Virus record (IMG/VR): IMGVR_UViG_3300032293_002041
Coordinates: 62,001 to 126,000 of that record
Length of the DNA stretch: 64,000 nucleotides
Reading direction: 5' to 3' (one strand)
Part shown: piece by piece, positions 27,500-36,734 of the stretch
Numbering within the stretch: position 1 is the stretch's first letter
How the letters are laid out: the number at the start of each line of letters is the position of its first letter
Position numbers and translations under genes: made by a program
The notes under the pieces: generated by a model
What the model saw: only the letters and a program-made list of their open reading frames with translations
Database searches by the model: none
What the model was told of the DNA's origin: nothing

Positions 27500-29692
27500 A
27501 TGTCAGCACTACAAGAGCTTCAAAATTACACTTTCGTCAGTAAATATGCTAGATGGTTAAGTGATCAAAATAGGCGAGAGACTTGGAAAGAAGCTGTTGA
27601 TAGGGTCAGAGAAATGATGCACATCAGGTATGACTCTTTTGGAATTAGCGAAGAGATTGATTGGGCTTACGACATGATGTATAAGAAAAAGGTTCTTGGC
27701 AGTCAAAGAGCTTTGCAGTTCGGCGGAGATCCTATCCTAAAAAGACACGCTAAAATATATAACTGTACTAGTTCATATTGTGATAGGTTAAGATTTTTTC
27801 AAGAATGTTTTTGGCTGTTGCTGTGCGGAAGCGGTACAGGATTCAGTGTTCAAAAGCATCATGTATCTAAGCTACCATCACTAGAGCATGAGGTGCAAGA
27901 TGGACAAGCTACTAAGTATGTTATCGAAGATAGTATCGAAGGCTGGGCAAATGCTTTGGGCGTTCTGTTAAGCTCTTATTTTAGCAAACCAGTAGATGAA
28001 TTTAAGCAGTATAAGAATAGTCATATAGTATTCGATTACTCAAGTATTAGACCAAAGGGAGCAGCACTAGCTTCTGGAGTAGGCAAAGCTCCGGGCTATG
28101 AACCTCTTGCAAATGGCTTAGAAAAAATTAGAACACTATTAGATAGATGTATTAAGGACGGCCAAAAGAAACTTAGGCCCATAGATGCATATGACATTGT
28201 GATGCATAGTAGCGATGCTGTATTGTCTGGAGGTGTACGCCGAAGTGCTTCATTAGCTCTATTTAGTCATGATGATGAGGATATGGCTAAGGCTAAGACA
28301 GGAAATTGGTACATAGATAATCCTCAAAGAGCAAGAAGTAATAATTCTGCCTTACTGCTAAAAGATTCAACATCTTTTGAAGAATTTTCCACACTGATGC
28401 AATCTGTCAAGGAGTTTGGCGAACCGGGATTTATCTGGAGTGAATCAACAGAGATGATTTTTAATCCATGCGTTGAAATTGGTATGTGGCCAATAGATGA
28501 ACAAACAAATAAATCAGGATGGCAGGGATGTAATCTATCTACAATCAATTGCTCATCAGTAGCCGACGAAGAAGATTTTTATGAATCATGTAAAGCTGCA
28601 GCTATTATAGGAACACTCCAAGCTGGTTTTACCACGCTAGACTATTTAGGAGACATTAGTCAAAGAATCTTTGAAAGAGAAGCTCTTCTTGGAGTATCCT
28701 TAACAGGAACCATGGAAAAACATGAGTTAGTATTATCAGAAAAAGTCCTTACTAAAGGAGCAAAGATCGCTGTAGAAACAAACAAGAAGATAGCATCTAA
28801 GATCAATATTAACCAAGCTGCAAGAGTAACTTGTTTAAAGCCAGAGGGGACTTCTTCTAGTATGCTAGGAACTAGTTCTGGAATCCATCCTCATCATGCA
28901 AAGAGATACATTCGCCATGTACAAGCTAATGTTCTTGAAGCGCCCTATCTATACTTTAAGAAATTAAATCCTCAAGCTTGTGAAAAATCAGTTTGGTCAG
29001 CGAATAATACTGACGAGGTAGTTAAATTTCCAATAGAGGTTCCAGATGGAGCCAAACTTAAGAATCAATTACCCGCTGTAGAGATGCTCAAGGTTGTAAA
29101 AGATACACAAAAGAACTGGGTGCAGTCTGGCAAGAATAGATCATTATGTACACAAGAATATTTAAGTCATAATGTTAGCAATACTGTCACAGTTAAACCA
29201 GAAGAGTGGGATTCTGTAACCAAGTATATTTATGATAATCGAAAATATTTTGCAGGGATATCTCTAATACCACAGAGTGGAGACAAAGATTATCCTCAGG
29301 CTCCGTTTACAACTGTTTATACTAGTAGAGAAATTGTTAAGGAATATGGAGATGCTGCACTATGGTGTTCTGGATTAATTGAACTAGGATTAAATGCATT
29401 TAATAATAATCTATGGGCAGCTTGCGATTATGTTTCGATGAATCAAGCAAAAGAAGGCGACGACGAACATAAGTTAAAGTTCATGAACAAGATGAAAAAT
29501 TTTGCTGTAAAATATTTTGAAGATGACATAAAGAGATTAACATATTGTATGAAAGATGTTTACAACTGGAAGATCTACTGCGATCTATTTGAGAGCTTTA
29601 AGAAGGTAGACTATACCCAGCTCTCCGAAACAGAAGACAACACTGCTGGTATTGAAGAGATTAGTTGTGCTGGTGGAGCATGTCTTCTATAA
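27500..29692 (+). CDS. nrdJ: Class II (adenosylcobalamin-dependent) ribonucleotide reductase, monomeric RTPR type
   Basis: KYARW...RRETW, YNC, GGVRRSA, NPCVEI (radical Cys), GCNL, KPEGT, C-terminal CAGGAC; no NrdB nearby. Confidence 0.85.
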   Translation: MSALQELQNYTFVSKYARWLSDQNRRETWKEAVDRVREMMHIRYDSFGISEEIDWAYDMMYKKKVLGSQRALQFGGDPILKRHAKIYNCTSSYCDRLRFFQECFWLLLCGSGTGFSVQKHHVSKLPSLEHEVQDGQATKYVIEDSIEGWANALGVLLSSYFSKPVDEFKQYKNSHIVFDYSSIRPKGAALASGVGKAPGYEPLANGLEKIRTLLDRCIKDGQKKLRPIDAYDIVMHSSDAVLSGGVRRSASLALFSHDDEDMAKAKTGNWYIDNPQRARSNNSALLLKDSTSFEEFSTLMQSVKEFGEPGFIWSESTEMIFNPCVEIGMWPIDEQTNKSGWQGCNLSTINCSSVADEEDFYESCKAAAIIGTLQAGFTTLDYLGDISQRIFEREALLGVSLTGTMEKHELVLSEKVLTKGAKIAVETNKKIASKININQAARVTCLKPEGTSSSMLGTSSGIHPHHAKRYIRHVQANVLEAPYLYFKKLNPQACEKSVWSANNTDEVVKFPIEVPDGAKLKNQLPAVEMLKVVKDTQKNWVQSGKNRSLCTQEYLSHNVSNTVTVKPEEWDSVTKYIYDNRKYFAGISLIPQSGDKDYPQAPFTTVYTSREIVKEYGDAALWCSGLIELGLNAFNNNLWAACDYVSMNQAKEGDDEHKLKFMNKMKNFAVKYFEDDIKRLTYCMKDVYNWKIYCDLFESFKKVDYTQLSETEDNTAGIEEISCAGGACLL

Positions 29693-30118
29693 ATGAATAC
29701 CATCAAATATAAAAAATTAGACCCAAAAGCTATTGTGCCATTAAGGGCTAATCCAACTGATGCTGGTGCAGACCTATTCTCTATAGAAGATATTGAATTA
29801 TTACCAATGTCCAGAGTTTTGATTAAAACTGGACTAAGTATAGAAATTCCAGAAGGATATTATGGGCGAATTGCTCCTAGGTCTGGCCTTGCGTTTAAAA
29901 ATGGTATAGATGTACTAGCTGGCGTTATAGATTCATCCTACAGAGGCGAGCTGTGTACCCTATTGTTGAATACCGGATCCAACTCATTCAGTATCAAAAG
30001 TGGAGACAGAATAGCTCAATTAATAATAGAAGCTCACTACAATATGAATTTTGAAGAAACATATGAATTACAGCAATCTAACAGGGGAATAGGAGGATTT
30101 GGCTCAAGCGGTGTATAA
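29693..30118 (+). CDS. dut: dUTPase (trimeric)
   Basis: AGADL, IAPRSG, GVIDSSYRGE, GDRIAQL, RGIGGFGSSG. Confidence 0.95.
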   Translation: MNTIKYKKLDPKAIVPLRANPTDAGADLFSIEDIELLPMSRVLIKTGLSIEIPEGYYGRIAPRSGLAFKNGIDVLAGVIDSSYRGELCTLLLNTGSNSFSIKSGDRIAQLIIEAHYNMNFEETYELQQSNRGIGGFGSSGV

Positions 30119-30120
30119 TA
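30110..30120 (+). promoter_or_regulatory. GGTGTATW motif overlapping the dut stop codon
   Basis: GGTGTATAATA upstream of phoH; also encodes G-V-stop, so it may be coincidental. Confidence 0.35.
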
Positions 30121-30165
30121 ATCGTAATGGCGTTGACGTTCTTACTTATTAAGAAGGGCCAAACT

Positions 30166-30900
30166 TTGAGAAAAACTAATAAAAGGTCTAAAAAGACCAA
30201 AGTAGTCGATGCAACAAATAGTCTTCAGCCAGTTCCAGAAATCTATAGAAATAGATTGAAACCCAGAACAGATAATCAAAAAGAATATCTGAGAACTATA
30301 CTAGAAAGCAATATAACCTTTTGCCAAGGTGTTGCTGGTAGTGGTAAGACACACTGTGCCGTAGGTTTGGCTATAGAACATTTACTTGATGAGAAAGTAA
30401 AAAAAATTATTATTACAAGACCTGTGGTGGAAGCAGGTGAAAAAATAGGATTTTTACCAGGAGATGCTGACTCAAAATTACATCCTTACTTGTTACCCAT
30501 ACTTGATGAAATAAATCATTTTATCTCACTGTCTCATTATAATTCGCTGAAACTAAATAATAAAATCGAAATTGTTCCACTAGGATTAATGAGAGGTAGA
30601 AATTTTAATAATTGTTTTATTATAGCAGATGAGTGCCAAAATGCTTCTTATGAGCAACTCAAAATGTTAATTACTAGACTTGGCAAGGATAGCAAGATGG
30701 TACTCACTGGCGATATCAGTCAGTCAGATTTACAAAGACATTTACAGGGTGGTTTTTATGAGATGATAAAACAATTAGAGGGGATAGAAGGTATTGGGAT
30801 TTCAAGACTTCAATTTTCCGATATCGTTAGACACCCAATTATTGCTAAAATTCTTAGTAGGCTCGATACTTACGAAAATCAAAATGAGACCAGAAAATAG
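30166..30900 (+). CDS. phoH: PhoH-like ATPase
   Basis: GVAGSGKT, TRPVVEAGE.IGFLPG, MRGRNF, DECQN, TGD.SQSD, DIVRH. Start is TTG 30166 or ATG 30127. Confidence 0.92.
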   Translation: MRKTNKRSKKTKVVDATNSLQPVPEIYRNRLKPRTDNQKEYLRTILESNITFCQGVAGSGKTHCAVGLAIEHLLDEKVKKIIITRPVVEAGEKIGFLPGDADSKLHPYLLPILDEINHFISLSHYNSLKLNNKIEIVPLGLMRGRNFNNCFIIADECQNASYEQLKMLITRLGKDSKMVLTGDISQSDLQRHLQGGFYEMIKQLEGIEGIGISRLQFSDIVRHPIIAKILSRLDTYENQNETRK

Positions 30901-31465
30901 TAGATGCCTTGTTCTTAATGCTGACTGTACTCCATTAGGTATTATTGATTGGAAAAAGGCTCTTACTTGGTATATTAAATATGAGAATGACGATACCCAA
31001 GGAATAGAAATAATTGATTTCTATAAAGATGATTATATTTGTGGTGTCAATAATAAAAAATTCCCAATACCAGCAATAGTTAAAACAGCTAAGTATTTTA
31101 GAGTTAATAATCAAAAAGTAAATTTCTCTAGAAAAAATCTATTCATACGAGATAATTATACTTGTCAATATTGTGGAGAAAAAAAAGATCTTAGCAAATT
31201 AACATACGATCATGTTATTCCTAAGTCGAGCTTCCGTGGTCAATCGGAATCTCCAACTACATGGACTAATATTGTAACGGCCTGTGTTGAGTGTAATAGA
31301 AAAAAAAGAAATAGGACTCCCAAACAAGCCAACATGCCTCTGCAAAACTTGCCAATAGCACCGAATAAGAGTCCAAAGTACTTGCCTATCACCCACATGC
31401 TTCTTAGGATAAGGTCGGACATACCATCGGAGTGGTCGGTTTATTTGCCGGAATCATACTTATAA
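30884..31465 (+). CDS. HNH endonuclease (McrA-like)
   Basis: CLVLNAD, RDNYTCQYCG, TYDHVIP, WTNIVTACVECNRKK.NRTP.QA.M. Confidence 0.9.
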   Translation: MRPENSRCLVLNADCTPLGIIDWKKALTWYIKYENDDTQGIEIIDFYKDDYICGVNNKKFPIPAIVKTAKYFRVNNQKVNFSRKNLFIRDNYTCQYCGEKKDLSKLTYDHVIPKSSFRGQSESPTTWTNIVTACVECNRKKRNRTPKQANMPLQNLPIAPNKSPKYLPITHMLLRIRSDIPSEWSVYLPESYL

Positions 31466-31821
31466 TGCCATCATATTCATATTTTTGTGATAAGTGCAAA
31501 ATTAAATTTGAAATATTTTGTAGTATCAAAGACTATAAAGAGGATATAGAATGTTCCGACTGCCACAGCGCAAAACATACTCGTAGAGCATATATAGAAG
31601 ATATAAGTTCTTTGTATACTTCTGTAAAGAAGAGTGATAACGAGCTTTCTACTATTGGTGATATTGCCAATAGAAACAGAGACAAAATGAGCAATGATCA
31701 AAGAATTGAACTAAGCAATAAGCACAACGACTATAAAGAGATCCAATCGAACAAAGAACTCCCAACCGGGATGTCTAGGCTTAAAAAATCAAAAACTAAA
31801 ATCAAATGGACAAAACCATGA
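31465..31821 (+). CDS. FmdB-family zinc-ribbon protein
   Basis: MPSYSYFCDKC...FE...ECSDC. Confidence 0.7.
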   Translation: MPSYSYFCDKCKIKFEIFCSIKDYKEDIECSDCHSAKHTRRAYIEDISSLYTSVKKSDNELSTIGDIANRNRDKMSNDQRIELSNKHNDYKEIQSNKELPTGMSRLKKSKTKIKWTKP

Positions 31822-32213
31822 GTGAATTCATATACAATCCTAAGAGTCTTTTTAAAAACGCTGAAAAAGATGAAACTGTGGATACTGAATTTTTTACTAC
31901 TACTGATAAGGCAGACTTTACTGATGAAAATGGGTTTTCTAGATCCAAGATCGATAGCGAATCAGTATTAGCAAAAAAGAACATTCGTAAGAATGGATCT
32001 ATTAAATATATTATAAGACTTGGTAACAATGGAAAATTTTTGAATCCTTTTTCCATATATGACAAAGAACATGATAATATATTCATAAACAAAGTTTGTA
32101 GATCCAATAGTAAGTTCAAAGAAGTTAATGCGAAAGTATTTGGATTTTACATGGAATTTCTTAATACAAAAAATATAGCATGGCTAAACAACGCAGAAAG
32201 AGAGAATGAATAA
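31818..32213 (+). CDS. Hypothetical protein
   Basis: Coupled ORF in the operon. Confidence 0.6.
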   Translation: MSEFIYNPKSLFKNAEKDETVDTEFFTTTDKADFTDENGFSRSKIDSESVLAKKNIRKNGSIKYIIRLGNNGKFLNPFSIYDKEHDNIFINKVCRSNSKFKEVNAKVFGFYMEFLNTKNIAWLNNAERENE

Positions 32214-32557
32214 TGGCTAAAATGAATAAGACATTGACATACGCAGTCTTGTGGCTAAATAATCAAGGGCTAGATAATTCTAAAATAGCAGATGAATTAT
32301 CTCTAACAGAAAAACAAGTAAAAGCTGTCGTGGATAAGTCTCACATTGCTGAACCTCAATCTAATAGTATACCCACAACTTCATCACCAGTTGGGAAAAT
32401 CAAACCAAAGGACTTAATGATCACAGAAAGTGCATCACGCACTAGAAGCGTATCTATTATGACACAACAAGCATCTGCCTTAAATGATGAACTTAAAAAG
32501 AGAGCTGTCCCAAAACCAGATAACCAAAATGGAATTTTTAGACCCTTTAAGAAATAA
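32213..32557 (+). CDS. Hypothetical protein with N-terminal HTH
   Basis: QGLDNSKIADELSLTEKQV resembles an HTH. Confidence 0.55.
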   Translation: MAKMNKTLTYAVLWLNNQGLDNSKIADELSLTEKQVKAVVDKSHIAEPQSNSIPTTSSPVGKIKPKDLMITESASRTRSVSIMTQQASALNDELKKRAVPKPDNQNGIFRPFKK

Positions 32558-32559
32558 TC

Positions 32560-32970
32560 ATGAACGAACCCAATATTGAAGCTATAATAAATAGCTTATC
32601 TGAAGAAGAACAAAAAATCCTTGAAAAGATACAAGATAAAATTACTGAGTCAATAAATACAATGAAAGACTCTAAGTTTGATAACTTAGACGATACAGAT
32701 CTAGCCTCCTCATTTTCTGATAAAAATCCAGATCTAATTCATCCAAAGCATATAACAAATTCACCACACGAGATACTAATTACAGTTACAGCAGAAGTTT
32801 CAGAAATCGATGATAAAGGATATCTTGGAGCAACAAAGGATCTCATGAATCAACACTATCATATCCCTGTAAAAACAGGCGAAGACTATTCTCTCTTTTT
32901 ACAAAAATTCTTGGAACAATTTCAACAAACATTAGAGTCTACGTGTAGAGATAGCGTTATTACTAAATAA
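32560..32970 (+). CDS. Hypothetical protein
   Basis: ORF in the operon. Confidence 0.6.
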   Translation: MNEPNIEAIINSLSEEEQKILEKIQDKITESINTMKDSKFDNLDDTDLASSFSDKNPDLIHPKHITNSPHEILITVTAEVSEIDDKGYLGATKDLMNQHYHIPVKTGEDYSLFLQKFLEQFQQTLESTCRDSVITK

Positions 32971-32983
32971 CTATTGGATAAAA

Positions 32984-33400
32984 ATGTCTGATCAATATTT
33001 ATCAAATTATTCTAACGGTAAAACTGTATCCGCAGCACAATTTATAACAGAAATTATTTGCGAAAGGAAAGCCCAGTCTACCAAGCAAGATTTACATTAT
33101 AGATTTTGGCTAGAAAAAAAATGGTCTGCTTTCTATAGGAACCAAATAGGATCAGCACATAAGTTGCTTAAAAAATACTCTTCTAAAGCTATCATAAGAG
33201 CATTGAATACTGATCAAGGAAGAAAAATCTATTCTTTGCGAGCACCACATCTTCCAGCTATTATAGAGAGTCAAGAACAAATTATCCAACAAGAAAATAC
33301 AGATCTTACTCTTCATATAGAGAGAAAAGAAAACATTTCTTTTGGTATTAAAAATCAATCAAAGAATATTATTTCTAAACTGAAGGACTTAGATCAATGA
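32984..33400 (+). CDS. Hypothetical protein
   Basis: ORF coupled to recA by an ATGA overlap. Confidence 0.6.
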   Translation: MSDQYLSNYSNGKTVSAAQFITEIICERKAQSTKQDLHYRFWLEKKWSAFYRNQIGSAHKLLKKYSSKAIIRALNTDQGRKIYSLRAPHLPAIIESQEQIIQQENTDLTLHIERKENISFGIKNQSKNIISKLKDLDQ

Positions 33401-35445
33401 GTTTAAAAGAAGATGTTATTAAGGATTTTGGTAATGAAATTATGCTAACAGCCAGCGCTGTTGTAGATAAAAAATTAATTACCATTCCAGTGAGTCCATC
33501 ATTAGACATTATATTGAATGGTGGTGTACCAGAAGGAAGCTTTATGATTTTAACTGGTCAACCAAAATGCGGCAAAGAGATGCCATTAAATAGCTTAATA
33601 TATACTCCCGATGGACCAAGAACAATGGGAGAAATGAAGGTTGGAACAGTAGTCTGTACTCCGGATGGTAATACTGCAAAAGTTATTGGAGTATATCCAC
33701 AGGGAAAGAAGGATATTTATAAGGTCACATTTAATGATGGTTCTTCAGCAGAGTGTGGATTAGAACACAACTGGACTGTTGCCAAAAATAATCGCAAAAG
33801 TGACTATGTAACGATAACCCTAGAAGAGATTATGAGCGAGGGGCTGAGATATAATGATCGTTGGAAGTGGAAGATTCCGTTAACAAAACCAGTTTACTTT
33901 AAACAGCAGAAGAAACTTATTCTTGATCCATATATTTTGGGTTGCTTGATTGGTGATGGTGGACTAACACAAAAGACCCCTAGATTCACAACTTCTGATA
34001 CCTTTATAGCAAGCAAGTTTAGAACTTTCTGTAAAAAAAGAGGACTATCTTTTAGGCATATTGATAAGTACGATTATTCTATTAGTGGTAATGTAGAGTC
34101 AAGTGTTATGGTAAAGAATACTCTAACCAGAGATCTGAAGAAACTAGGATTAATGGGTTGCGGGTCTCATGCCAAATTTATACCAACCGCATATAAGTAT
34201 GCTTCTGTGGCCAATAGACTATCTTTGGTTCGTGGACTAATGGATACCGATGGATATAATAGCAAAGGTAAAAGGGCAGAATATTCAACGGTATCACCAA
34301 GATTAGCTTCTGATGTTAGAGAACTTTTAGAGGGGTTGGGTTACTCTGTTGTGTCAACATTAAGAAATACTAACTGTAATAATAAGAGTTTTCTTTCATA
34401 TAGACTCTGTATTCATGGTAATGACATTAATCAACTATTCAGTTTACCTAGGAAAAAGACCAAGCACAAAAGAATCAAACCTGACTTGTGTAGGACTATT
34501 ATTGATGTGCAAAAGGTTTCTCGCGAAGAAGCCCAGTGCATAGAGATAGACCATAAGGATGGACTTTATTTAACTGATCGTTTTATTGTTACTCATAATA
34601 CCACAACATCTCTAGATTTCGCAGCAACCGCACAAAGACCAGAATATGCTTATAAAGAACTCAAAGAAGGAAGAGAGGTCTATTATCTCAATATTGAGGG
34701 TAGACTTAAGAAACGAGACCTAGAAGGCATCCCAGGACTTAATCTAGATAGATTTCACATCATTGGCTCTCAACAAGGCAAGATATTACATGCGGAAGAA
34801 TATCTCCAGATCGGAGAAAGAATCATAAATGAAATACCGGGATGCGTTCTAATTATAGACTCCTACTCTGCATTATGCACGGAAACAGAAATCACATCAG
34901 ATATGAGTAAAATGCAAAGAGCAGACGGAGCTAAGTTATTAGCTAAATTTTGTAGGAAAGTGGCTAATGTTATTCCTGTAAATAGGAATATCGTGGTAGG
35001 CATTACTCATCTTATGGGGAACCCTGGCACTGGTCATGTTGAATGGAAAGAAAAGAGTGGTCAAGCTATTGCTTATCAAACTGATATCAAGCTCAGAGCA
35101 CAATTCCACAGAGCATGGAAAATTGGAACATCAGAAGATGGTCAGCAGATTGGCCAGGAAATACAGTGGCAAGTTATTTGCTCTGCGTTGGGCGCTCCCG
35201 GCGGCACAATTACCAGCTACATTAGATATGGTCAGGGTATTGACAAGCAGATGGAACTATTAATGCTGGCAGCAGATATTGGATTGATACAAAAGGGTGG
35301 AGCTTGGTATACATTAACTTCAGTAGAAGATAAGCCTAAATTCCAAGGAACTGAAAAAGTCAGACAATATCTGGTTGACCATCCAGACGTTTATGAGAGC
35401 TTATTAGCACAAGTTAAAGAGACTATGGGCATTAAATGCAAATAA
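33397..35445 (+). CDS. recA: RecA/UvsX-like recombinase containing an intein
   Basis: SLDIILNGGVPEG, Walker A GQPKCGK|TTT interrupted by the intein, IIDS, IQKGGAWY. Confidence 0.88.
   Translation: MSLKEDVIKDFGNEIMLTASAVVDKKLITIPVSPSLDIILNGGVPEGSFMILTGQPKCGKEMPLNSLIYTPDGPRTMGEMKVGTVVCTPDGNTAKVIGVYPQGKKDIYKVTFNDGSSAECGLEHNWTVAKNNRKSDYVTITLEEIMSEGLRYNDRWKWKIPLTKPVYFKQQKKLILDPYILGCLIGDGGLTQKTPRFTTSDTFIASKFRTFCKKRGLSFRHIDKYDYSISGNVESSVMVKNTLTRDLKKLGLMGCGSHAKFIPTAYKYASVANRLSLVRGLMDTDGYNSKGKRAEYSTVSPRLASDVRELLEGLGYSVVSTLRNTNCNNKSFLSYRLCIHGNDINQLFSLPRKKTKHKRIKPDLCRTIIDVQKVSREEAQCIEIDHKDGLYLTDRFIVTHNTTTSLDFAATAQRPEYAYKELKEGREVYYLNIEGRLKKRDLEGIPGLNLDRFHIIGSQQGKILHAEEYLQIGERIINEIPGCVLIIDSYSALCTETEITSDMSKMQRADGAKLLAKFCRKVANVIPVNRNIVVGITHLMGNPGTGHVEWKEKSGQAIAYQTDIKLRAQFHRAWKIGTSEDGQQIGQEIQWQVICSALGAPGGTITSYIRYGQGIDKQMELLMLAADIGLIQKGGAWYTLTSVEDKPKFQGTEKVRQYLVDHPDVYESLLAQVKETMGIKCK
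33577..34599 (+). mobile_element. Class-3 intein with LAGLIDADG homing endonuclease (341 aa)
   Basis: Starts EMPLNSLIYTPDG and ends FIVTHN before +1 Thr. Block B EHNW, block F QCIEID, block G VTHN (W-C-T triplet). LGCLIGDG and RGLMDTDG motifs. Confidence 0.88.
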
Positions 35446-35855
35446 AAGATCTTGACGGCAATCTTTGCAATTGGCAACTCATTGGAGGCATTGCTCATGG
35501 TGCCGCTAAAAATAAATCTTCTTTGCATTTGACTGCTAGAGAATTAATACATAAATGCTTCCCAACTATGCAGATACTTGAGGAAGTAGCGATTCCTTTG
35601 AGAAGATCGGAAACTCTATATTTGGATTTTTATATACCTCTTTTAAAACGAACCGTCGAGGTGCATGGTGAACAACATTATAAGTTTACTCCATTTTATC
35701 ATAGCACATTATTAGGATTTGTAAAACACAAAAAAAGAGATCAGGAAAAACAAGAGTGGTGCGAAATAAATGGTATTTCATATATTGAATTACCTTTCAA
35801 CGAAAACGAAGAATCATGGTTAAATAGGATTAAAAATGAACAACAAAACAGCTAA
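35436..35855 (+). CDS. Vsr/DUF559-like PD-(D/E)XK endonuclease
   Basis: LYLDFYIP..VEVHGEQH, RDQEKQEWCE.NGI. Confidence 0.7.
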   Translation: MQIKDLDGNLCNWQLIGGIAHGAAKNKSSLHLTARELIHKCFPTMQILEEVAIPLRRSETLYLDFYIPLLKRTVEVHGEQHYKFTPFYHSTLLGFVKHKKRDQEKQEWCEINGISYIELPFNENEESWLNRIKNEQQNS

Positions 35856-36327
35856 AGAAGAACTACAAGATTGGGATGTTTTACTGGACGAATATGAATC
35901 TGGAATTGGTCTACCAAAATATAGTAGTGGATTATTGCCAGAAACAGAATTAAATACTTATTTATCAATGAATAGAGACGAGCTAGAAAAGCTGACGCCA
36001 GAAGATTGTGGACAAATTTCATATAGGTTAGGCCAATTTGCTTTTCATATACAGAGAACAATTAATAGAGAAATTGCCAGGAATAATTGGGCCGATGACA
36101 CTATAAAGGTAGTTATCGCAGATGATATCAATAACTATAAGGGGTATGGCTATGTGGAAAAAGCTAATCAAGCTATCAAACATAACGACAAAGCCCAATC
36201 TCTCAATAAAATTAGGATATACTCTAAGCAAAGAACCGATAGGTTGTCATACCTAGCAAACTCTGTTAAAAACTTGTCTGATATTCTTCTTTCTATTCAA
36301 AAAATAAAGATGGTGAAACATGGATAA
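35836..36327 (+). CDS. Helical hypothetical protein (possible recombination mediator)
   Basis: All-helical, located between recA and dnaB; function inferred from context only. Confidence 0.5.
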   Translation: MNNKTAKEELQDWDVLLDEYESGIGLPKYSSGLLPETELNTYLSMNRDELEKLTPEDCGQISYRLGQFAFHIQRTINREIARNNWADDTIKVVIADDINNYKGYGYVEKANQAIKHNDKAQSLNKIRIYSKQRTDRLSYLANSVKNLSDILLSIQKIKMVKHG

Positions 36328-36733
36328 TCCAAACCTAGATCCACAGCAGATACAGCAAATGATACAGTTACTACAAGCTATGTTGCCAACAGCTGGTCCA
36401 TCCCCTACTACAAATGAAGGAACCAGCGACTCTGCTTCTTCTCCAAAAAGAAAGCCAAGGAAAAAGACCGCAAATACTGCAACTCATAATATCAAAGCTA
36501 AGCCAGAACGAGAGAATAAGTTTGATCAAATGGCTGAGTTACATATGCATAGAGAAGATATTGCTGTCGATAAGAAATTGGCTATCCAACCACCAGTACC
36601 ACGAGCAAGAAAATTCAGAATGCTTAAGGCAACTTGTAGGGTGTGCGGAAAAACAGAAGATATAAATCCTGTGTTAATAACAGACTCTCTAGATAGATAT
36701 AAGTGCAACAAATGTTCAGCAGGAGCAGGTTGA
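36320..36733 (+). CDS. Zinc-finger hypothetical protein
   Basis: C-terminal CRVCG...CNKC. Confidence 0.6.
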   Translation: MDNPNLDPQQIQQMIQLLQAMLPTAGPSPTTNEGTSDSASSPKRKPRKKTANTATHNIKAKPERENKFDQMAELHMHREDIAVDKKLAIQPPVPRARKFRMLKATCRVCGKTEDINPVLITDSLDRYKCNKCSAGAG

Positions 36734-36734
36734 T

